NCBI GenBank assembly: GCA_029564175.1
Contig: JAKQQL010000442.1
Coordinates: forward strand, 1 to 19,878
Source: Candidatus Cloacimonadota bacterium
GTDB lineage: Bacteria > Cloacimonadota > Cloacimonadia > Cloacimonadales > WRIO01
Length of the DNA: 19,878 bases
Direction of reading: 5' to 3'
Each line of letters starts with the position of its first letter. Positions within the stretch are counted from its first letter, which is position 1. The notes under the pieces are model-generated. The model did no database searches. It was not told the origin of the DNA and saw only the letters and a program-made list of their open reading frames with translations. The translations under genes and the position numbers were made by a program. Positions 7,759 through 16,256 of the stretch are shown here, piece after piece.

Positions 7759-10011
7759 GTGAAAATAATAGCAGTTCTAATGCTATTCCTATGTTCTTTG
7801 TCCTTATGGAGTCAAGAATATAGTTACCCCACTTATGCTCAGTTGGTATTAAAGTATAGTGAACTGGTCAATACTTACCCTACAATGATTGACAGTTCTG
7901 TCATTGGATCAAGTGAAACCGATAATCAGCCAATTATGATGTATCGACTAACCAATCCTAACTCAACTGAGATAAGTAAAAAGAACATCCTTGTGATCGG
8001 AAGTGTTTATGCGAAAGATATTCCTGCAATGAATGCTACCTATTTGTGGCTCAAATCATTTTTGCAAAACGCCGGTCAAACACCATACAGTAGTTATGCT
8101 GATCATTTTAATATCTTCATCATACCTACCCTCAATCCAGATGGTTCAGATTATGTCCTCAATCATTCGATGTATGAAATGCTCAGTAATACACATGATT
8201 TGAATGAAAACAATGTCTTCGATTATTCGTCAGACGGTGTTAATCTCAATCGTAACGCAGAATTTAACTGGATACACGGGAATGATTACAATTCTTCAGG
8301 TAACAATCAGTTTTTCAGAGGAAATCATGCCTATTCAGAAAATGAATTAATCGCTTTAAAAAATGTCCTTACTGAAAATAAAATTGAATTTTGCATGATA
8401 AATGCAACTGAAAGCAATCAGCAGTTCAAGGTAATATTCCCTTACAACTGGGCGTTTGTCAGACAATCACCTGATTATCAGGCATATCACATGCTTGGAC
8501 AAAATATTGCCAGTTCAATTGGCAATCAATGGTCAACAGAGCCTAATGTTAATAGAAATGGGAATTTAAGTGATGAGTTGTATGTCAATTATGGAATAAT
8601 CCCATTTTCGCTTTCCTTCGATGATTATTTTGTACTTCCTGATTCAGCTGGACTCCAGGTGTACCAAGATATGTTTCAGTCAGCAGCTCATCACCTAATG
8701 GACTCTATCACACAATACAATATCATAAATGAGCTGATGCCAGGCTTACTGGAAGTCCAGGTCATTAATAGCCAAAACAATCAACCGATGGATGCAGAAA
8801 TTCACATTGACCAAGTGAATAGTATGGCTTTTTCAAATCATAAAAGTAATCCTGAAAATGGGAAATACTACCGATATCTGAATGAAGGAAACTATACTCT
8901 TAACATCAATAAAAAAGGATTTCAACCGTATTCTCAACCGATAGTCATAAACAACAATCAACATCTTCAGATTCAGGTAAACCTGATCCCTCTGCCAAAT
9001 GCAATCATCAATATCCAGATTTCATTAAATAACGAACTTGTTTCGGGTAAGATCAGAATTAAAAAAGATCATTATCAGGAGACGATTCTTATCAATGGAA
9101 ATGGAATTTTTGAAACATTTGAAGGCATACATGAATTAACCCTTATCTCTGATGAACTGGCTCCTGTAAGAAAAACAATTCATATCAATCCTGGCGTTAA
9201 TCAAATCTTTTTCAATCTCGACTACACAAACCACAGTTTTACTGAAGAGTTTGAGTCGTCGTGTTGCTCATGGATTATGAACGGCCCGTGGTTGGTCGTT
9301 AGCGACAGCACACACAACAGTCATTTTATAACAGACAGTTGGAGTGGCAATGGTTTTTATAGTGTAAATGCCAATTATTCCCTTCAGGTATCATATCCAC
9401 TCAGTTTGTTTGGGTACGAAGAACAGGATTTATATCTGACATTTGATCAGGCAGTTCATACTGAATGGGATAATGATTATGTATCCGTTGAATTATCTTA
9501 TGATAATTTTAACTGGAATTCGATCTATAAGTTTGCAGGAAATACTAATGGTTGGGAAAAGCAGATAATTTCATTGAATGATTTTGTAAACAATGATATT
9601 TATTTGCGATTTAGATTAAAAGATGGTATTGAAGGTCAAGCAAATCATGAAGATCTGGTAGATCCTGGCTGGAATATTGATAATATCAGAGTGATTGGAA
9701 GTTTATCAGCTTTAAATAATCAGGAGATTATCCTTCAAAAGCCTGAAGTATCAAAACTAAATGTATATCCCAATCCTTTTAATCCTGTCCTAAATATTAG
9801 TTTTGAATCAAAAGACCTAATCAAAGATGCTGAAATGAAAATTTTTAACATCAAAGGTCAGCTAATAAAAAGTCAAACTTTGAATTCTGAACAAATGAGA
9901 AACAGAAAATTTGTTTGGGATGCAATGCCTTACGCATCAGGAATTTACTTTGTTCAACTGATTATCAATAATCAGGAAAAATTAACCAAAAAAACGCTGC
10001 TTCTTAAATAG
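7759..10011 (+). CDS. Secreted M14 zinc-carboxypeptidase-like protein (catalytic residues degenerate) with carboxypeptidase-regulatory-like beta domains, a jelly-roll domain and a T9SS-type C-terminal sorting domain
   Basis: GTG start after SD GGAGG (7750-7754) and a signal peptide. M14 scaffold motifs YPTY, IGSS, IIPTLNPDG, DGVNLNRN, RG..AYSENE, FPY, GNLSD. Then GKYYRYL.EG.Y.L, LRFRL..D...GWNIDNI and the CTD VYPNPFNP...IFNIKGQ...SGIYFV...KKTLLLK. Confidence 0.85.
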   Translation: MKIIAVLMLFLCSLSLWSQEYSYPTYAQLVLKYSELVNTYPTMIDSSVIGSSETDNQPIMMYRLTNPNSTEISKKNILVIGSVYAKDIPAMNATYLWLKSFLQNAGQTPYSSYADHFNIFIIPTLNPDGSDYVLNHSMYEMLSNTHDLNENNVFDYSSDGVNLNRNAEFNWIHGNDYNSSGNNQFFRGNHAYSENELIALKNVLTENKIEFCMINATESNQQFKVIFPYNWAFVRQSPDYQAYHMLGQNIASSIGNQWSTEPNVNRNGNLSDELYVNYGIIPFSLSFDDYFVLPDSAGLQVYQDMFQSAAHHLMDSITQYNIINELMPGLLEVQVINSQNNQPMDAEIHIDQVNSMAFSNHKSNPENGKYYRYLNEGNYTLNINKKGFQPYSQPIVINNNQHLQIQVNLIPLPNAIINIQISLNNELVSGKIRIKKDHYQETILINGNGIFETFEGIHELTLISDELAPVRKTIHINPGVNQIFFNLDYTNHSFTEEFESSCCSWIMNGPWLVVSDSTHNSHFITDSWSGNGFYSVNANYSLQVSYPLSLFGYEEQDLYLTFDQAVHTEWDNDYVSVELSYDNFNWNSIYKFAGNTNGWEKQIISLNDFVNNDIYLRFRLKDGIEGQANHEDLVDPGWNIDNIRVIGSLSALNNQEIILQKPEVSKLNVYPNPFNPVLNISFESKDLIKDAEMKIFNIKGQLIKSQTLNSEQMRNRKFVWDAMPYASGIYFVQLIINNQEKLTKKTLLLK

Positions 10012-10061
10012 CAGACTATCATTTTGTGTTTCAATTTGATATATAAACAAGGAGAAAAATT

Positions 10062-13000
10062 ATGAAAAAATTATGGGTAATCATAAGCTTGCTGATGCTT
10101 ATCATCAGTGTTAACGCTTATGAAATGGAAGAACAGGTTTTAAAACCGAATTATTACCAACATCATTCTACTACTCAGAATAATATTGTTCAAATTAAAA
10201 TTAAAAATAATATGCTGGATGCAAATACAGCTAATTCATTAAATTCTAAAAACTTAATATTCAGCAAAACATACGCTTTACCATATCAGTCTGCTGAATT
10301 ATCAATTGACTACTTACAAGTTGATGATTATAATAATGAAGGTCAGTTGATTCAAACCAGAACCACTCATAGCATTGATATAGCAAAATGTGCTAATCAA
10401 TTCACTTTTAAAGAGATGAGAGGTTTCACTGTTCATTTTAATCCGGTAATTAAAAATCAAAATGGTTTTTCAATTGTTAAAAATGCAGAAATCTCACTTA
10501 TAGGCACAGGAAGAATGGAAATGCCTTCGGAGATATCTGAAGCTTTTGTATCTCTCTATGAAAATCTTGCTGTAAACTACTCTGATTCCTACTTACATAA
10601 TTCTCCTTTAAAAAAACCATCTATGCTCATAATTTCTCATAATGCCCTTGCAAATGACCTGAGTAGTTATGTTAAATGGAGAAAAGCAAGTGGTTTTGAT
10701 GTAAATGTTATTACAAAAGAGACTATTGGTAATAATCCAACTAACACCCAGATTAAACAGGCAATTGTTAATTTTTACAATCAGGCAACTAATAAGCCTG
10801 ACTATTTGTTACTGTTAGGAGATTCAAACGTCAGCAGTTACTACAAACTGCCTACTTATTATGTCAATGCACCATCATATCCAGAATTATGTGCAACTGA
10901 TCTCGATTATGCCTTAATCAGTGGAGAAGATTATTTTCCAGAAATGCTGATTGGTCGTATGTGTATTGATTCAAACACAGAATTACAAACCATTTTAAGT
11001 AAAACAATTCGCTATGAAAGAGCTCCAGCAACAAATACCAACAGCTGGCAAAACAAAGCGCTGGTCGTTGCAGGAAACTATGCATCAGGCTCATTAATTC
11101 CAACAACTCCTGTTGATATGTCACGCTGGATCTATGAAAAACTCAGAAGTTCAGGCTATCCTCAGGTTGATACGGTATTCTATCAAAATACTTCTGGAAG
11201 TTCTACTGCACCTGAATATCTGACAACTCAGATAATCAATGCAATCAACAGCGGTGTTCAATACGTGTCTTATAGAGGTTGGGGAAGTGGAAACGGCTGG
11301 CAATTCCCTATCTTCTTCAGGGATCATGTTAATGCGACTAATAATGGAGGCAGAACACCTGTAGTTTACTCTATTGTCTGTGATAACGGCGATTATGACA
11401 ATGAATCTTATGACCCCTGTTTTGGTGAAGTGTGGATGACTAAAGGCTCTCCTTCTGAACCTGATGGTGCCGTAGCATTTGTTGGTCCAAGTTTCCTTAA
11501 TACTTCTACGCCATTAAACAATTCAATATCTTCAGGGATGTTCCGTTCGTTGTTAGATGAACATGCCAGAATTTTCGGAACAACTGTTATGAGAGGGAAA
11601 ATTGAGTTGTATAACAACTTCCCAAATGAGCATGCAAATGATTCAAATGCACCTTTCTACTTCAAAATTTATAATACTTTGAGTGATCCTTCTTTAAGCT
11701 TATGGAAGCTCAATCCATTAACAATCTCACACAACTTACCTGATCAGATCACTCAATCCACCAATTATATTGAAGTACAGGTTCCTGGAATCAATCATGG
11801 TTACATTACCGGAACAAAAAATGACAACGACTACACTTATGCCCGTATCATTAATGGATATGCGATGTTACCAGTAGATAATAATGCAAATGGCAATTTG
11901 AAAGTAACCATATCTGCAAAAAATTACCTTCCAATCGTTAAAACGATCACCGTTAATGCATCAAACCATATTGGCATTGTTGCTTATAATATCCCTAATG
12001 GTGGTTTACATTCAGGTCAAACTGTTCAGTTAAGCCTTTCTGTGAAAAACTTTGGCACAGAAGCTGTATCTAACGCATCTGCAGTGATATCATCAACGTC
12101 CGAATATATCAGTTTTAGCAATGAAAACATCGCTATTGGCAACATGAATGCGGGAGAAACCAAAGAAATCAGTACAAATGTGAATGTGGCAGCAGCTTGT
12201 CCAAATCAGACTCAGGTACCTTTTTCTTTAAATATTACTCCTGGTAACAGTATTTCAAAATTCATGACAATTGTAGGGGGAATGGCCTTTGAGATTCGTG
12301 ATGCAATATCTCTCGATAATAATGGCATTGTCGTCCCTGGTCAAACTTCAACCATCCAGTTTACTACAGAAAATATCGGTAACGTTAATGCTGAAAATCT
12401 GAGTGTTTCAATAATCCCAATGACAGATGCTGTATCATGTAACAGTAACCCTGTCAATATCTCAAATATCCCTATCGGTAACACCCAGAATGTTACCTTC
12501 GAGCTTGCAGTTCAAAGCAATTGTTTTGTAGGAAGAAACGCCCAATTCTGTGCTGAATTTACAACAACTGACGGCAAAACTGCCCGTGCCTATTTTAATC
12601 TAACGATTGGAGCTGTAGATAATAGTTCACCTACAGGGCCAGATAATTACGGTTACTTTGCTTATGACAGTAATGATGCAAACTATTCACAAAAACCAAC
12701 CTACAACTGGGTTGACCTTGATCAAGTAAGTCCAACAACACTTCTCATGACTGATGATTCTTCACAAACCATCAACTTACCATTTACTTTCAAATACTAT
12801 GGGATCAATTACAACAGACTGACTATTTGTTCTAATGGTTGGGTCGCTTTCAAGGAAACCTGGCAAAATGACTTCTCAAACTGGAACATTCCTTCAGCTT
12901 TAGGACCTTACGCCATGTTAGCTCCTTACTGGGATGATTTAAAAGGCTTAATGACTGCCCCAAATACATGGGATCCAATGAAAGTCAGATATTATCATGA

Positions 13001-13610
13001 TTCAGCCAATAATCGCTTTATCATTGACTGGAAAGATACTTACAATGCATTCAACAATACTTCTCTTGAAAAATTCCAGATAATCCTTTATCCTCACGAT
13101 AATCAGGATGGTGATATTGTATTCCAGTACCATACAATTGATAACCCAGCATCAAACAATAATTTTGCAACAGTAGGTATAGAAAATCACTTACAGAATG
13201 ATGGCATTCCTTATACATTTGCTAATATCTACCCTGCCAGTGCTTCTCAACTGACAAATGGTATGGCTATTAAGTTTACTACTTCTGCACCTGATAACTA
13301 TGTGAGTAACGATAATCATACGGTTAATCCTGATGCCTATAAATTACATCAAAATTACCCAAATCCTTTTAACCCATCAACAAGTATTGCTTTTAGTTTA
13401 CCTGAAGCAGGCTTTGTCAATCTGGAGATCTTTAATGTGAAAGGTCAGAAAGTAAAAACGCTTACCAACCAACACTTCAACAAAGGACAGCATCAGATTA
13501 CCTGGAATGGGACAGATGACAATCAACATCAGGTATCATCCGGTATTTATTTCTATAAATTGACTCATAATCAAAAGCAACTGATGAAAAAAATGTTGAT
13601 GATGAAATAA
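10062..13610 (+). CDS. Secreted C25 (gingipain-family) peptidase-like protein with prodomain, Ig/CARDB-like repeats, a beta-rich domain and a FlgD/T9SS-type C-terminal domain
   Basis: SD AAGGAG (10049-10054) and a signal peptide. C25 motifs YVKWRKASGF, PDYLLLLGD, D.FPEMLIGR, KTIRYE, TPVVYSIVCDNG, CFGEVW, GAVAFVG, YNTLSDPSL. Then GPDNYGY, LPFTFKYYG...SNGW, APYWDDL and the CTD QNYPNPFNPST...IFNVKGQ...SSGIYFY...KKMLMMK. Confidence 0.9.
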   Translation: MKKLWVIISLLMLIISVNAYEMEEQVLKPNYYQHHSTTQNNIVQIKIKNNMLDANTANSLNSKNLIFSKTYALPYQSAELSIDYLQVDDYNNEGQLIQTRTTHSIDIAKCANQFTFKEMRGFTVHFNPVIKNQNGFSIVKNAEISLIGTGRMEMPSEISEAFVSLYENLAVNYSDSYLHNSPLKKPSMLIISHNALANDLSSYVKWRKASGFDVNVITKETIGNNPTNTQIKQAIVNFYNQATNKPDYLLLLGDSNVSSYYKLPTYYVNAPSYPELCATDLDYALISGEDYFPEMLIGRMCIDSNTELQTILSKTIRYERAPATNTNSWQNKALVVAGNYASGSLIPTTPVDMSRWIYEKLRSSGYPQVDTVFYQNTSGSSTAPEYLTTQIINAINSGVQYVSYRGWGSGNGWQFPIFFRDHVNATNNGGRTPVVYSIVCDNGDYDNESYDPCFGEVWMTKGSPSEPDGAVAFVGPSFLNTSTPLNNSISSGMFRSLLDEHARIFGTTVMRGKIELYNNFPNEHANDSNAPFYFKIYNTLSDPSLSLWKLNPLTISHNLPDQITQSTNYIEVQVPGINHGYITGTKNDNDYTYARIINGYAMLPVDNNANGNLKVTISAKNYLPIVKTITVNASNHIGIVAYNIPNGGLHSGQTVQLSLSVKNFGTEAVSNASAVISSTSEYISFSNENIAIGNMNAGETKEISTNVNVAAACPNQTQVPFSLNITPGNSISKFMTIVGGMAFEIRDAISLDNNGIVVPGQTSTIQFTTENIGNVNAENLSVSIIPMTDAVSCNSNPVNISNIPIGNTQNVTFELAVQSNCFVGRNAQFCAEFTTTDGKTARAYFNLTIGAVDNSSPTGPDNYGYFAYDSNDANYSQKPTYNWVDLDQVSPTTLLMTDDSSQTINLPFTFKYYGINYNRLTICSNGWVAFKETWQNDFSNWNIPSALGPYAMLAPYWDDLKGLMTAPNTWDPMKVRYYHDSANNRFIIDWKDTYNAFNNTSLEKFQIILYPHDNQDGDIVFQYHTIDNPASNNNFATVGIENHLQNDGIPYTFANIYPASASQLTNGMAIKFTTSAPDNYVSNDNHTVNPDAYKLHQNYPNPFNPSTSIAFSLPEAGFVNLEIFNVKGQKVKTLTNQHFNKGQHQITWNGTDDNQHQVSSGIYFYKLTHNQKQLMKKMLMMK

Positions 13611-13651
13611 TCAAAACAAGTTACAAAGATATGTAGCTTGTTAGAATTAGT

Positions 13652-13681
13652 AAAAAGCCCCCGGTCTTCCGGGGGCTTTTT
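13652..13681. terminator. Bidirectional rho-independent terminator between the convergent C25 and mscS genes
   Basis: AAAAAGCCCCCGG-TCTT-CCGGGGGCTTTTT: a perfect inverted repeat that gives a U-tract on both strands. Confidence 0.92.
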
Positions 13682-15307
13682 CTATTCCTTCGGAATGGTC
13701 AGTTCGTTTCCATCACGGACTGCATTATAAATCGGGCTCATAATCTCTACATTTGCTTCTTTGAAAGTATCCTGAATATGCCTGTGGAGATCAGAATAAA
13801 TTCTGGGTAAGATGGATGGCTGACAAGTATAAGCATTGATTTCATATTCGACAGCGAAATCATTTAAAGCCGTTTGGAGCACAAAAGGTTCCTTGTCTTT
13901 GAGAATACCTTCGGTTCTCTTGGCGGCATCCATTAATAACTGATGTACTTTCACCCATGGCACATCATAACCAATCGTTACTTTTGAATGAACCACCAGT
14001 CCCCTATCCTGACTATAATGACTGTAATCCAGTATCTGACCACTTAACACCAATGAGTTCGGAATAGTAATCTCCACATTTTTAAATGTTCTGATTCTGA
14101 TTACCAATAGCGAACTCTCTCTGAGCTCACCAATTGTATCACCTATTTTAACAATATCACCCACTTTAAAAGCACGCATATAGGTAATGATGATACCTGC
14201 AACCATATTGGCAATTGCGGAGCTGGAACCCAATGAAAATAAGACACCTACAAAAATTGAAATACCTTTGAATGCCGGTGAGTCAGAGCCTGGTAAATAA
14301 GGGAAGATAATAACCGCTACAAAGAAGTAGATGAGAAATTTGCAGATCTGAAAAGTTGAATCTGCCCAGTCCGGATAAAAGTTTTTAAAAGTAATATTTC
14401 CTTTGTGTATTTCATCAAACAAGTACCTTAAAAAACGGATACAATATCTGGCAATCAAAACAACCATCAGAATAAAGAAAATATTAGGTAAGTAATCCAA
14501 AAATGATTTACCTGCCAATACCAGTGGTCTCATCAGATATTGTTGTAACTGTCGGGCAATATTGTTTGTGGCAGGAATCGTTAAGAGTATCAGATATACT
14601 ACATTATAAAGGATAAAAATATTGATAATAAAACGGAATAGTTTCAAAATCAGAATAATAGATTTTTCTAATTGTTCAGCACTCACCAGTTTAATACCCC
14701 TTAAAATAAAACCCTGAGGATGTTTCTGTGAAATCAGATCAATCCATCGCTCGGTTTTTTTCCAAATCCTGCTAATTAATTTAAACAAAAAATAACTGAC
14801 AAACAAGATTAATGCAATAACCAAGACTATCCTGATTATATTTAATATTCTCCTTTTCACTGTCAATGATGAGATTAAGGGTATAAACTCTCTTTGTATT
14901 TTATCTTTGATTTCAAGCGCAATCTGGTATTTTCCCTTTTTGAGAATCAAGCTGTCTTCATCTGTAATGTAAATCAAAGGAATCTGTGAATACATAACTA
15001 CCCAGTCAGAATGCTCTTTCATCAACTTCAGACTATCCGGTATGATTTTATAATTGTTTCTAATCTTATCCAGGCGTTTTTCTATAATGAGTGCTCTTTC
15101 TTCCGGACTCATGTGTTTATTACCAGCATATATCTGAAAAATCTCTCTTTCATTAAAAAATACAGGGTATCCTGTTTTTCCCTGAGTAATTATGGATTCA
15201 GATTTTTTTTCGGCAAACAGATTGCTTATAAATAATACCATAATTAAATTTATGATTATTATTCTGAACAACCCTCTATTGATTTTTAATATACAAAAGT
15301 TATTCAT
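13682..15307 (-). CDS. mscS: Small-conductance mechanosensitive channel family protein with N-terminal extracytoplasmic domain
   Basis: FPYLPGSDSPAFKGISIF.G...SLGSSSAIAN..AG...R.FKVGD.VKIG, TIPNS, VTIGYDVPW, EIMSP. N-terminal signal/periplasmic region with SPEERA. SD AGGAGG on the - strand at 15313-15318. Confidence 0.92.
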   Translation of the reverse strand: MNNFCILKINRGLFRIIIINLIMVLFISNLFAEKKSESIITQGKTGYPVFFNEREIFQIYAGNKHMSPEERALIIEKRLDKIRNNYKIIPDSLKLMKEHSDWVVMYSQIPLIYITDEDSLILKKGKYQIALEIKDKIQREFIPLISSLTVKRRILNIIRIVLVIALILFVSYFLFKLISRIWKKTERWIDLISQKHPQGFILRGIKLVSAEQLEKSIILILKLFRFIINIFILYNVVYLILLTIPATNNIARQLQQYLMRPLVLAGKSFLDYLPNIFFILMVVLIARYCIRFLRYLFDEIHKGNITFKNFYPDWADSTFQICKFLIYFFVAVIIFPYLPGSDSPAFKGISIFVGVLFSLGSSSAIANMVAGIIITYMRAFKVGDIVKIGDTIGELRESSLLVIRIRTFKNVEITIPNSLVLSGQILDYSHYSQDRGLVVHSKVTIGYDVPWVKVHQLLMDAAKRTEGILKDKEPFVLQTALNDFAVEYEINAYTCQPSILPRIYSDLHRHIQDTFKEANVEIMSPIYNAVRDGNELTIPKE

Positions 15308-15379
15308 TTTTACCTCCTATATTTTGAATTAATGACTAAATGATTAAACCAATTTGTATATATTACACACTATCTGTTT

Positions 15380-15408
15380 AGTTTAGCATACCAGTCTCTT
15401 TAAGTCAA
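15380..15408 (-). promoter_or_regulatory. Putative sigma70 promoter for mscS
   Basis: On the - strand, TTGACT (15408-15403)-N17-TAAACT (15385-15380), with a TG extended -10. Confidence 0.55.
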
Positions 15409-15430
15409 TCAAAAATTGTTAAAAATTCTC

Positions 15431-15458
15431 TTGACTTATAATACGATATGAATATTTT
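15431..15458 (+). promoter_or_regulatory. Putative sigma70 promoter for the dtxR-feo operon (back-to-back with the mscS promoter)
   Basis: TTGACT (15431-15436)-N16-TATTTT (15453-15458), followed by SD AAGGAG (15479-15484). Confidence 0.45.
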
Positions 15459-15472
15459 TAGTCTTACCTAAA
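15457..15472. promoter_or_regulatory. Putative DtxR-family operator (autoregulatory site)
   Basis: TTTAGTCTTACCTAAA is an imperfect palindrome. Its 14-nt core matches the 16491-16504 palindrome at 10/14 positions, and it lies between the -10 and the SD of the repressor gene. Confidence 0.6.
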
Positions 15473-15489
15473 CTTATTAAGGAGTTAGA

Positions 15490-16248
15490 ATGGAAAATAT
15501 AGAGTTAAGTTCAAGTTTGGAAGACTATCTTGAAGCCTTATATCATATTGTAAAAAGCAAACAGGCTGCCAGAGCAAAAGACTTGGTCAACCGGCTGAAA
15601 GTAACGGCTGCTTCAGTTACCGGAGCATTAAGAGTGTTAGCAGAAAAAGGTCTGATTAACTATGCACCTTATGAATTGATCACTCTCACTCCTTATGGTG
15701 AAAAGATTGCGAAAGATGTCGTTCGCCGCCATGAAGTATTGAAAGAGTTCATGGTAAAAGTATTAACGGTAGATGAAAAAGAAGCGGACGATGCTGCCTG
15801 TCAAATGGAACATTCTATACCCAAGAACATTCTGGAACGTTTTATGAAATTTATTGATTTTGTCGAATTATGCCCGCGGGGCGGTTCAAAATGGATTGCA
15901 GGAATGGGTTATCAGTGTCTTGAACAAATGGATTTAAAAAAATGCCATGCCTGTACCACACAAATTTTAAACAATATAGAAAATAAAATCTCGGAGGGAA
16001 TAATGGATACAAATCAATCCGTTAGCTTACGAAATCTTCCCTTAGGTGTAAAGGCGAAGATATTAAAAATTCAGGCTAAACCTGAGTTGAAGAAGCGTTT
16101 TCTGGATATGGGACTCATTCCGGAAAGTATTGTCGAAATTGAAAGAATTGCTCCAATGGGAGACCCGATTGATATTCGTGTAAAAGGCTATCATCTGTCT
16201 TTAAGAAAAGAAGATGCAGACTATATTTTTGTTTTACCGATGGAATAG
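15490..16248 (+). CDS. DtxR/MntR-family metal-dependent repressor with Cys-rich linker and C-terminal FeoA domain
   Basis: wHTH (SLEDYLEALY...ASVTGAL..L.EKGLI.Y.PY..ITLT..G), dimerisation/metal domain (RRHEVL, AACQMEH), linker with C128/C143/C152/C155, and a FeoA domain (KRFLDMGL...ERIAPMGDPI...KGYHLSLRKEDA). Confidence 0.92.
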   Translation: MENIELSSSLEDYLEALYHIVKSKQAARAKDLVNRLKVTAASVTGALRVLAEKGLINYAPYELITLTPYGEKIAKDVVRRHEVLKEFMVKVLTVDEKEADDAACQMEHSIPKNILERFMKFIDFVELCPRGGSKWIAGMGYQCLEQMDLKKCHACTTQILNNIENKISEGIMDTNQSVSLRNLPLGVKAKILKIQAKPELKKRFLDMGLIPESIVEIERIAPMGDPIDIRVKGYHLSLRKEDADYIFVLPME

Positions 16249-16256
16249 GAGGAAAA

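Noticed and set aside
10918..11617. Antisense ORFs 10918-11124 and 11408-11617 inside the C25 gene
   Set aside because: Short shadow frames with no independent support.
7759..13610. Calling the two degenerate proteases pseudogenes
   Set aside because: Frames, SDs, signal peptides, scaffold motifs and CTDs are intact, and the losses are concentrated at catalytic positions.
131..15392. 12-bp inverted match GGTATGCTAAAC (131-142) / GTTTAGCATACC (15381-15392) as element ends
   Set aside because: Short and 15 kb apart. The second copy is explained by the mscS extended -10, and the intervening genes look chromosomal.
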